A DNA stretch of 64,000 nucleotides from a virus. Below are positions 48,252 to 57,048 of this stretch, piece by piece (position 1 is the first letter of the stretch; the number at the start of each line of letters is the position of its first letter). The position numbers were made by a program, and so were the translations under genes. The notes below the pieces were generated by a model that saw only the letters and a list, made by a program, of their open reading frames with translations, was not told the DNA's origin and did no database searches. The stretch is from positions 1-64,000 of the IMG/VR virus record IMGVR_UViG_3300034356_000609; one strand, written 5' to 3'.

Positions 48252-51200
48252 TTATGTGCAGGGTTTAGGATTAATACTATCTGCGGTTTTATCTCCGTTT
48301 CCTAAGCTAGTTCTACCTAACTCAGAGTTAATATCAATGCCTAGCGAAGATAACACATTTAATGTGCTTTGTGAATTTGCTCCTCCTAGTTCAGGTATAT
48401 TTTCTGTAATAGCATCTATACTAGTAGGTTGTGTAGGAGCAGGTTGAACAGCTACTTGCTCTTGAGGAGTATTTGTTCTTGCGTTAATCTGCTTGATGAC
48501 TTGGAAGTCATAACCTAAACTAATAATGGTATCTGAAATAGGGCTCTTATGCTTCTCTATAACAGGTGCTTTGTTAGATGCTAGAGTTAATCCTTTTATT
48601 GTTATAACTCCTGGCTTAACAAATAAGCTTCCTTCGTTTTCGTTTAAGTAGTTATGTATAGCTAAGAAAGTCTTACTATCGTACTTACTAAACTTTGGAT
48701 TCTTACCATTCCACATAGATTTGATAAACCATCCATTAGTAGCAAACCCCGTAATAGGAGTCCACTCACCCTCAGACTCTGCTCCAGTACCTGTGCCTGT
48801 TGATTTATATACTAGGAAATGTTCTCCTCCTGCAAATACATCTACGATTCTACGGCCTGATACTTCTGCACGGAAACTACCAATAGTCCAAGGTGCACTT
48901 TCTTTATCAAGTTTTTGTCCCAAGTCAAATAGTTTCTGAGTCTCTGCATTTACTAAGGATGCTGAACCACTTGAGCCATCTATCTTTTGATTTATCCAAG
49001 GATTAAATATACTTGGTTTGTTTTGTGCGTCTTGTGTAACTACTACTTCTACATTACTACCTACTGTTTTAGGGTTGTTTTGTACTCCAGGTATCTGTGG
49101 TGCTTTAGGTTGCCTAGATGTATCAGGGATACTACTCTCTTCATACTCTGAGGCAAATGCTAGAATGTTGATTGTTTTAGGAGACAAATCAAAGTCTTCA
49201 CTAAGTATAGAGTAAGTCGATTGTTGGGTGCTCCATTTAGATACTGCCGAAGGGTATCTAGGATTCATCAAGTACATGCTATCAGTAAACTTCTGTAGTG
49301 TGTTAAACTTCTTGTTCTTGAAGTCAATAATGTGAGTGTTGCCTTCCGTATCTACCGCTACAATATCCATCGCCCCTGCTACTCCGAAGTATCCTGTAGC
49401 ATCTTTTTCTTCTTGAGTAAACTCACGATGTACAATTAAACCTTCTGTAAATACTTTCCATCCCTTGTCTTCAAATTCTTTTGCTACTGATTGCATCTCT
49501 GCTACCAAAGCATCAAACTGTTCTTGAGTTACTTCTAACTCATAGCCCTGCTTGTCTCTTAGAGGTTTGTTCATCTGACGTACTTCTTTTAAGTAATCGT
49601 CAAGTTTTTTAACTGGTTTACCTCCTAAGATGTCACGACCTAAAATATCGACAAAGTTTCCTACAGCTGCACCCATCTCCATGTTACGTACGCTGTCTTC
49701 TGTATTTACTTTCTTTTCTCCAAGTACTCTTTGAACAAAAGCCGACTGACGTTCATATCTATTGCCGTTAATTACATAACCTTCCTTGCTAGGATCACCT
49801 ATGGCTTTTGACTCTGTAATCAGTTTTTCTAACGCAGCCACTGTGTTTGCTTGAGTTTTCTCAGTAGGCATTGCTATTTGTTCTTTTACTTTAACTGCTT
49901 CTTTCTGAACACTAGCAGTAGGATAGGCTAGAGTAGGAATGATGTCAGAGTTATTGAACTCTATCACATATCCAGAGTTCTGTTGAATTGTTTGTTCAGG
50001 ATTATTTGGATCTTCAATAGTCTTTATTTCTTGGGCATAAGGAATACTTACCAAAGACACTTCGTGCTTTACTCTGCCTCCTACTAGTATTTGTTTTCTC
50101 AAAGAGTCAAACTGTTGGTCTACTGGGGTAGGGTTTGCTTTCCCTTTAGATGTAGGTAGGTATAAAAACAAACTGCTCTTACCATTACTGTCTTTGTTAC
50201 CCTCAGTGTCAAACTTTTGAATCTTACCCGACCCATCGATAGTAGCAAATACCAATGTATTAATAGCACTGAAAGTAATAGGGTTAGAACCAATCTTAGG
50301 GTAAACTAAACCGTTTATCTTGTCCTTAGTAGGATCGGCTTGTAACCACAAGTTTGTTGTAGTTACACTTCCGTCAGATTCTATGACACTCTTACCATTT
50401 TTAACTAAAAGTAATAACTTACCCTCTTTGAATTGCACCACGGCTTCTCCAAACTTACGACCATCTGCCATTTGTACAGATACCTTACGGCCTCGATTTA
50501 ATGCCATCAATTCCTCTATGGTAGCGTTCTCTTTAATCTTGTCCACTTGGCTTACATCAGCTACTGATACTTTGTCTATCATCTGTGTAGAGAAGATATA
50601 ATCTCTTACACTAGCCTTCATAAAGGTTACAGGGATTAATCTCTTAAACTTCTCATAGAGTTCTACCATTTTCTCATCAGACAAAGTGGGAGTAGATTGT
50701 ATCTCGTTGAATATGTCTTCTATCTCTCTGAGAACTTCTGTGCCTAACACCTCTTCAATTACAGTAAACATATCGACAAGTACTGGCTTAGTCTTGGAAG
50801 GTTCTTTAGTAATTGATTTGATAATCTTTTCTTGTGCTTGAAAGTAAGGATTGTTACCTTTTGCCTCAAAGAAAAGAGGAGAGGTAGAACTCACATTAGA
50901 TGTCTGTGCAAGGGTAGACTTCTGTTCTTCAGTAACTGCAGGTTCTAAAGTAACCGCAGGTTCTACAATAGGAAGTACAACTACCTCAGTTACAACTTCT
51001 TCTGGAACTGTTGCATCTATTGTTGTCTCCACTACTGCCTCTATAGGAGTTACTCCTAAGTTAACTTGAGTTGCTTTATCTGCCTTACCGATAAACTTAC
51101 TTGTAAAATCCCCTACGATGTCAAGCATGTCAAACATGTGAGTACCTGTATCTTCCATTATAGGCATACCTTTACCTACAGTATCCATTAGGTTTAATGT

Positions 51201-54200
51201 CTCTTGGATGTTTTCTGCAGATTCACCAGCGGCTTGCATTACTGCAGCCATCTTAGCTTTAGCAGAGTCAAGTGATGCTGAGTTTGCCACATCTACGAGT
51301 AAACCATTTATTAGTTTGGTTCTAGCATTGCTGTATTCCTGTTGATCAACAAAAGTCCCTAAGATAGAACTACCTGTAAAATCTATTGGACTTTCCTCTA
51401 ACTGCTTAATGCTTTCTTCAAACGCAACAGTTACATCTTCAGGCAATAACTCAGGAGCAGTAAATGTTACTCCTGCTTCTTCTATAGTTACTTCTTCTCT
51501 AGTCTCAACTTGCTCTTGGGTAGCTTTAACATCGCTAATGTATTTGTTTATCTTGTCGGCATTCTGAGCAACAAACTCTATGAATCTAAACTTATCGTAA
51601 AAGATTTCTTGTTCAAATGCTTGATCGCCTGTCAGCAATCTAGAGACAGCTTGAAACTTCATAGCAACATTATCCATTAAGGACTCTTGCTGTTCGATAC
51701 TAACATTACCTTTAGCAATCGTATTTAAAACCGCCTCGTTTAAGATAGTGTTTATCTTTTCCTTACGTTCTGTTAAATCGTCATGCTCGTTCTTAATAAC
51801 TGCTAGAACCTCAGTAAGTTCTTCAAACTGCTCTTCACTTAAATCCTTCAAAGAACTATAACGTTTGATTGGATCTGTCTCTTCTTCTCCTTCTTTCTCT
51901 GCTTCTAGTGTACTTGCAGTTTTAGTTTTAGCGTTAAGGTTCTCAAGAAAGTTTTCTATTACCGCCTCTGAGTCTTTGTCTAGGTTTTCTAAGTGTCGGT
52001 CTAAATCTCCACTTAAAAACATGTACAACTCTTTACCTCTATCAGGACTCATCATTGCCTGAACTAAAGAATCTTCTAGTTCTTCTATTGTATCAAAACC
52101 TCCGATAGAAGTCGCGGGTACTTTATTCTCTAATTGATCTACAATAGGGTTGTATGTTCCATCCTCAAATGCTCTCTCTTGTGCTACAACTCTATCAGTT
52201 TTAATCTGTGCTAGATTGTCTCTATATCTTCTTAAACTTTCTACAAAGTATTCAGGTCTTTGATTTACACGAGCCTCTGCTGTCAACTGTTCTATCTGAG
52301 CTGACATGTTTTCTAGATTCTCAGAATCTAATCCTCTAGATAAATTAACTTTATTGTCTATATTTTTATCTAGAACTGCTTTCTTATCAGCAGCAGTCAT
52401 CTGACCATAAAAGTCAGATCTTTCTTTATAGTTATTAATTGTTCTACTTGCTTCCTCTGCCTGATTAATTAAATCTTCTCTTTGAGCTTCTGTGTATTGA
52501 GTAGCACCAGCATCTGCAAGTTTCTTTTCTATGTCTTGCTTCTTTAATACTTTTTCAAAGTAGTCAAACTGCATAATAGGGTCACTCATCAAATCATCCA
52601 AAGTTTCAATCTCCTTGTTAGTTTGAAAGTTTCTTAGATTCTTGATTCCGTTTTGTTGCTCTATAGTTTCTAACTCTTGAATCTTAGCAATAGCAACAGA
52701 GGCTTGCTGTGGAGTAAGGTTGCCTGCTTTTAGTTCAGTATTAATTTTATTTTTATAATACTGACTATTCATCATAATATCAAACAACTGCCCTGTCTTA
52801 CGATTCTTTTCGTAGTTTGATACTTGTGTCCCTAAACCAATTGGAGGTCCTAGGAATGCACCAGAGAAAGCATTTACGATGTCTTGGGTTTCTAGTTCTC
52901 TAGGAGCTTCTCCTTTCATTGCTGCCACACCCATATGATTGTCAGCAAAGTAGTTCATTAGTTCAGCCGTTACTTCTTCAAGACCTTCTTCTATTCCTCT
53001 TTTAGCTACGAATCTAGCACCTGCACCAAGCTTACCTAAGTTTGATAATGATTGAGTTGCTAAGTAGTCTAGGGTCTTGCCAGAAAATGTCTTTCCAAAA
53101 ACATCTCCATACAAGGTTCTATACTGTTGGAGACTACCTGTCCACTTGTTCTTGTTGAAACCTTTTACTTCGAAGTCATCTAAGTACTTCATATCAGGAA
53201 ATATGTTCTCTGTAATGACTTCTATTCCAGTAGTCAAAGCAGCAATAGTGTGGGCTTTCCCTCTAGCGTCTTTAATTCCCTTTTGATATAACTCGTTGTA
53301 AGTAGCTGCAAACTGTTGTGGATATACTAAGGCTCCCATAGACATTGCACTTGGTATTCTATCTGCCAATGCTCTTACTAAGCCATTACTACTCTGAGAT
53401 ACAGTAGACCTTAGTGCTTGTCCGTAACTACCTGTAGCTGTTAATACTTTATTAAATTGTCCAGCTCTTTGAGCACTCATCAACCCCCTAGCAGTTAAAC
53501 TGTTGAGACTGGACTTCAATGCTCTACCTCCTAAACCTGTAACTCCTGCACCTCCATATACGGTTGCTATCACCAACGGTGTTGTCTCTGCACCTGTATA
53601 TAACAAAGATGTTGGTTGAAACTTCTGATTGCCTTCACCATCTACAAAATAAAAGTCCATTCCTGTTTGGAACTCCCCTTTATTATTCTGTATATCAAAG
53701 TTTATCAACTCTCTAGGAGAGACGTAATTACTTATACGTCTACTTGTAGTTGCTAACGCATCCCAACCTGTAACTATACCTAAGCCTTCAGTTATATTAG
53801 TTCCTAATTTAACAACCGCAGAACTTAAATACCCAGCAGTCTTAGCTGCAACAGCCATTCCTTTCTCTAATCCACTTAGTTCTCCTGAGTAGTATAACTT
53901 ACTTTCTTTGAGAATTGCTTCTTGCTCCTCTAGATAAGAACCTGCAAAGTTTTTAATAGACGCATCTTTCTTCATAGCATCATAGCTATAAACTTCGTTT
54001 GTCTTACCTATTAACTTTTGATATACTTCTAGTTCCTTCTTAGAGGAATTAAACTGCTGTTCTACTTTCTTGTATTCCTCAGGACTTAAGTTTGCTTTCT
54101 TACTAGTGTTGATTAAATCCTCTTGTTTGCGAACCACCGTAAGAGCTGCACTACTTAATTGGTTACTTATAGATTCCCCCAATTGTTGGTAGGCATTTAT

Positions 54201-55364
54201 AATATGATTACGTGTATTATCATATCTGTTCTCAGCGATTGCTTCTCCTACAGTTAAAGTTGTATTCTGTTCAAACCTTTGAAGTGCTTGTTCATTTAAT
54301 ACTTTTTCTCCTCCTAATTCTAAATCTTCAGGAGTCAAAGGACGATTTAAATATTTGTCTGGATATGCTTGTCTGATGAGTGGACCAAGTACTAGGTTAG
54401 TTATACCTCCAAGTGCTACCTGCTTCTTTAAATAATCATCTACGTTTGTAGATTGAGAGATTTCAGTTATTAATTGCTGAGCACGTTGTCCTCCTGCAAT
54501 ATTAAATACTTTATTCTGATAAGTCTTATCTAAAGACTCCTTAAGTTTAACTAACTCTGCCTTTCTACCAGCATTTACATCTGCCCCAGAGGCAGCAAGG
54601 TTCATAGCTGCTCCTTGAGGCAATTGACTTAATTGCTGTGGAGTGTACGTGTATCCTAATTGATTTAACTCTTTGTCTATCTGTGCATCTAACGCTTTCT
54701 TAGATTCTTGTATCTCATTAAGGTCGTCGCTATTACTTAAAAACCTACTAGCAGTAGCTTGTAAATTTGCATAACGACTACTTGCAGTAGCCTTTTGCTG
54801 TGCAATAGCTTCTGGTGTTAAATTGTAAGTATCTGCAGTAGCAAAACCTTTATTCAACAGTTTAGCTACTTGCTCTGATGCAGCACTAATCTGAGAGTTT
54901 TTATCTGTAATACCCCAAGTGTTTTTTGTTAATTCTCCTCCATATATTTTTAGAGGATTAGTTACATTCTTAGTGTGAATGTCTAACTCCTCTTGTGGAG
55001 TTAAAAAAAACTTCTGGTCGTATACAGTACTAAGTTTCTTCTGAGGTGCAGGAGCCACATTGCCTGCGGCATCTAAAGCTTCTGGGTTAGGTATATTTCT
55101 TTTGTATTCCCCACTTTGAATCATAGCTGCCAATGATTTGTTAGAGGGAACAGGTTTTGGTGGAGCTACTGTAGGTGTAGTTTTAGGTACAGGAGCAGCT
55201 GCAGTACCCATTGACTGATATACACCTAACGTACTGTTAGCGTAAAAATTAGTCCTTACTGCAGCAACTTGACTATCAAGTTCATTACCCACACTAAATG
55301 CTTTGTCAGCACTTACACCTTTGGACATAAGCCCTATTGCCTTTACGGTACCTGGAGAAAACAT
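48252..55364 (-). CDS. giant virion cargo protein with C-terminal PD-(D/E)xK nuclease-like domain
   Basis: 2370 aa; EEGLEE motif, G/A-rich hydrophobic segments; VAGAMDIV...IIDFK...QQSTY. Confidence 0.8.
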   Translation of the reverse strand: MFSPGTVKAIGLMSKGVSADKAFSVGNELDSQVAAVRTNFYANSTLGVYQSMGTAAAPVPKTTPTVAPPKPVPSNKSLAAMIQSGEYKRNIPNPEALDAAGNVAPAPQKKLSTVYDQKFFLTPQEELDIHTKNVTNPLKIYGGELTKNTWGITDKNSQISAASEQVAKLLNKGFATADTYNLTPEAIAQQKATASSRYANLQATASRFLSNSDDLNEIQESKKALDAQIDKELNQLGYTYTPQQLSQLPQGAAMNLAASGADVNAGRKAELVKLKESLDKTYQNKVFNIAGGQRAQQLITEISQSTNVDDYLKKQVALGGITNLVLGPLIRQAYPDKYLNRPLTPEDLELGGEKVLNEQALQRFEQNTTLTVGEAIAENRYDNTRNHIINAYQQLGESISNQLSSAALTVVRKQEDLINTSKKANLSPEEYKKVEQQFNSSKKELEVYQKLIGKTNEVYSYDAMKKDASIKNFAGSYLEEQEAILKESKLYYSGELSGLEKGMAVAAKTAGYLSSAVVKLGTNITEGLGIVTGWDALATTSRRISNYVSPRELINFDIQNNKGEFQTGMDFYFVDGEGNQKFQPTSLLYTGAETTPLVIATVYGGAGVTGLGGRALKSSLNSLTARGLMSAQRAGQFNKVLTATGSYGQALRSTVSQSSNGLVRALADRIPSAMSMGALVYPQQFAATYNELYQKGIKDARGKAHTIAALTTGIEVITENIFPDMKYLDDFEVKGFNKNKWTGSLQQYRTLYGDVFGKTFSGKTLDYLATQSLSNLGKLGAGARFVAKRGIEEGLEEVTAELMNYFADNHMGVAAMKGEAPRELETQDIVNAFSGAFLGPPIGLGTQVSNYEKNRKTGQLFDIMMNSQYYKNKINTELKAGNLTPQQASVAIAKIQELETIEQQNGIKNLRNFQTNKEIETLDDLMSDPIMQFDYFEKVLKKQDIEKKLADAGATQYTEAQREDLINQAEEASRTINNYKERSDFYGQMTAADKKAVLDKNIDNKVNLSRGLDSENLENMSAQIEQLTAEARVNQRPEYFVESLRRYRDNLAQIKTDRVVAQERAFEDGTYNPIVDQLENKVPATSIGGFDTIEELEDSLVQAMMSPDRGKELYMFLSGDLDRHLENLDKDSEAVIENFLENLNAKTKTASTLEAEKEGEEETDPIKRYSSLKDLSEEQFEELTEVLAVIKNEHDDLTERKEKINTILNEAVLNTIAKGNVSIEQQESLMDNVAMKFQAVSRLLTGDQAFEQEIFYDKFRFIEFVAQNADKINKYISDVKATQEQVETREEVTIEEAGVTFTAPELLPEDVTVAFEESIKQLEESPIDFTGSSILGTFVDQQEYSNARTKLINGLLVDVANSASLDSAKAKMAAVMQAAGESAENIQETLNLMDTVGKGMPIMEDTGTHMFDMLDIVGDFTSKFIGKADKATQVNLGVTPIEAVVETTIDATVPEEVVTEVVVLPIVEPAVTLEPAVTEEQKSTLAQTSNVSSTSPLFFEAKGNNPYFQAQEKIIKSITKEPSKTKPVLVDMFTVIEEVLGTEVLREIEDIFNEIQSTPTLSDEKMVELYEKFKRLIPVTFMKASVRDYIFSTQMIDKVSVADVSQVDKIKENATIEELMALNRGRKVSVQMADGRKFGEAVVQFKEGKLLLLVKNGKSVIESDGSVTTTNLWLQADPTKDKINGLVYPKIGSNPITFSAINTLVFATIDGSGKIQKFDTEGNKDSNGKSSLFLYLPTSKGKANPTPVDQQFDSLRKQILVGGRVKHEVSLVSIPYAQEIKTIEDPNNPEQTIQQNSGYVIEFNNSDIIPTLAYPTASVQKEAVKVKEQIAMPTEKTQANTVAALEKLITESKAIGDPSKEGYVINGNRYERQSAFVQRVLGEKKVNTEDSVRNMEMGAAVGNFVDILGRDILGGKPVKKLDDYLKEVRQMNKPLRDKQGYELEVTQEQFDALVAEMQSVAKEFEDKGWKVFTEGLIVHREFTQEEKDATGYFGVAGAMDIVAVDTEGNTHIIDFKNKKFNTLQKFTDSMYLMNPRYPSAVSKWSTQQSTYSILSEDFDLSPKTINILAFASEYEESSIPDTSRQPKAPQIPGVQNNPKTVGSNVEVVVTQDAQNKPSIFNPWINQKIDGSSGSASLVNAETQKLFDLGQKLDKESAPWTIGSFRAEVSGRRIVDVFAGGEHFLVYKSTGTGTGAESEGEWTPITGFATNGWFIKSMWNGKNPKFSKYDSKTFLAIHNYLNENEGSLFVKPGVITIKGLTLASNKAPVIEKHKSPISDTIISLGYDFQVIKQINARTNTPQEQVAVQPAPTQPTSIDAITENIPELGGANSQSTLNVLSSLGIDINSELGRTSLGNGDKTADSINPKPCT

Positions 55365-55379
55365 GTTTTATATTTAAAA

Positions 55380-57041
55380 TTATTTACTTAGCTTCTCTTC
55401 CATTGCATTCTGCACTAACTTATCAATTTCAGCTTTAGGCTTATTAGGATAGATAGCTTTAAATCCAGCTTCTATTTCAGCTTTTGTCTTGGCTGCTTTT
55501 TGTTCTGGAGTTTCTTTTGCTGCAGTTGCTTTAGGAGCATTTCTTTGTAATACCTCAATTGTATTGCCACTCGCCATTACGTCAAAGATAGAACGAGTCA
55601 ACAAGTCACTTGCAGATGTTTCTACTCTACCAAGTCCAGAAGAACGATTTAATACAATCTTACTGTTTGTTGCCCCTCTAATAGCTGAATCATAAAATGC
55701 TTTAAGACTAGCCAACTCGGTAACATACTTGTTCTTATTAACTGCACTTAACTTCTTGGGGTCGATGTTATTGATTTGTGTAATAACATCGTCAATCTGT
55801 TGCTGTGGCGTTTTGGCAGGATCCAACTTAAAGTCCTTACTAAGTAAATTTGGAACCCCTTTAAGAATACCTAAACTTGAAGTACTTGCTACGTTGTAGT
55901 TTTCAATGTCATTCTCTACGGTAGCAGTTAATCTATCTTGTGCTCCTTCAGCATTAATCTGACTAATTTTATTTCTATGCTCTAGTCCAATAAGGAATAC
56001 TTTGTCTTCCTTTAAGTCAACCTTTGTATTCTCATAGGCTAGCTTTTTAGAGAAGCCTGTTAAGAATCTTTTTGTAAACAAGTCAGTGTACTCACCTGCA
56101 TCAAACTCATCAGGATTCATTTCAATGTTTGTCTTGGTAGCGTTAATTACTGACTCTTGACTTTCTATAATGTTTTGAAGCTGACGGATACTTTCTTTTT
56201 GTGCTTCTGTCCTTTGGTTAGGAGGTATTGATTCTAAAGAAGACAAACCACCGAGTGCCTCTCTACGAGTTGTCTCTGCTAGTATCTTTTCCTGTTTGTT
56301 GTGTCCTACCCATACTTGATATGCAGCTCCATCACCCATTCTATACATTTCAGCTTGTGCATGAATCTGTAGTTGGCGTTGTTCTGCTGGAGTCATTCCA
56401 AGCATTGCTCTCTCATAAATGTCTTGTTGGCGTTTACGAGTATACTCAACCTCTTTTAAGTATCCTTGCGGACCTTGTTCAATACGTTCAAACGTCTCTG
56501 CAGGAATTTCTTTTTCTGCATCAGCTAATTTCTTACTGATGTCTATGTACTGCTCGTAAGATTTATTTTGAACAATCTCAGTATCCAAACCTCCATTCTG
56601 AATGTACTCTTGTGCATCTTGCATGTATACAAGATCATTATCAGAATTACGTTTATCCTTAGCCATACCACTCAACTCTTTGGTACGTCGTTGATACTCC
56701 ATACCATTCTTTAGAGCTATCTTAATGTACTTATCATTCTCTAGTGGTTTGCCTATGTTCATTACAGCTTCTACGTTGTTAATGTTTGCAAAGTCAAGTC
56801 CTGCGTTTTCGTTCACGTTCTTTACAAACTTACCCATCTCTTGGTCAAAGTACTTAAGTGCATTCTCGTTAACAATGGTACCACGTAACTGCTGATACTT
56901 ATCTACCTCTTGCTTAATCTTTTGTCGGCCTTCATCGTACATCTCTTGCTTCTTTAAAGCAACTTTGATTAAGTCCTCTGCTGGTAGGGGACTTATATAA
57001 TCATGAGAGACAAATCTGGTATGTTGTGCTGAAATAGCCAT
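55380..57041 (-). CDS. virion/ejection protein (helical)
   Basis: 553 aa, YISPLP...KQEMYD N-terminus; directly upstream of the giant genes. Confidence 0.7.
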   Translation of the reverse strand: MAISAQHTRFVSHDYISPLPAEDLIKVALKKQEMYDEGRQKIKQEVDKYQQLRGTIVNENALKYFDQEMGKFVKNVNENAGLDFANINNVEAVMNIGKPLENDKYIKIALKNGMEYQRRTKELSGMAKDKRNSDNDLVYMQDAQEYIQNGGLDTEIVQNKSYEQYIDISKKLADAEKEIPAETFERIEQGPQGYLKEVEYTRKRQQDIYERAMLGMTPAEQRQLQIHAQAEMYRMGDGAAYQVWVGHNKQEKILAETTRREALGGLSSLESIPPNQRTEAQKESIRQLQNIIESQESVINATKTNIEMNPDEFDAGEYTDLFTKRFLTGFSKKLAYENTKVDLKEDKVFLIGLEHRNKISQINAEGAQDRLTATVENDIENYNVASTSSLGILKGVPNLLSKDFKLDPAKTPQQQIDDVITQINNIDPKKLSAVNKNKYVTELASLKAFYDSAIRGATNSKIVLNRSSGLGRVETSASDLLTRSIFDVMASGNTIEVLQRNAPKATAAKETPEQKAAKTKAEIEAGFKAIYPNKPKAEIDKLVQNAMEEKLSK

Positions 57042-57048
57042 AGTTTAG

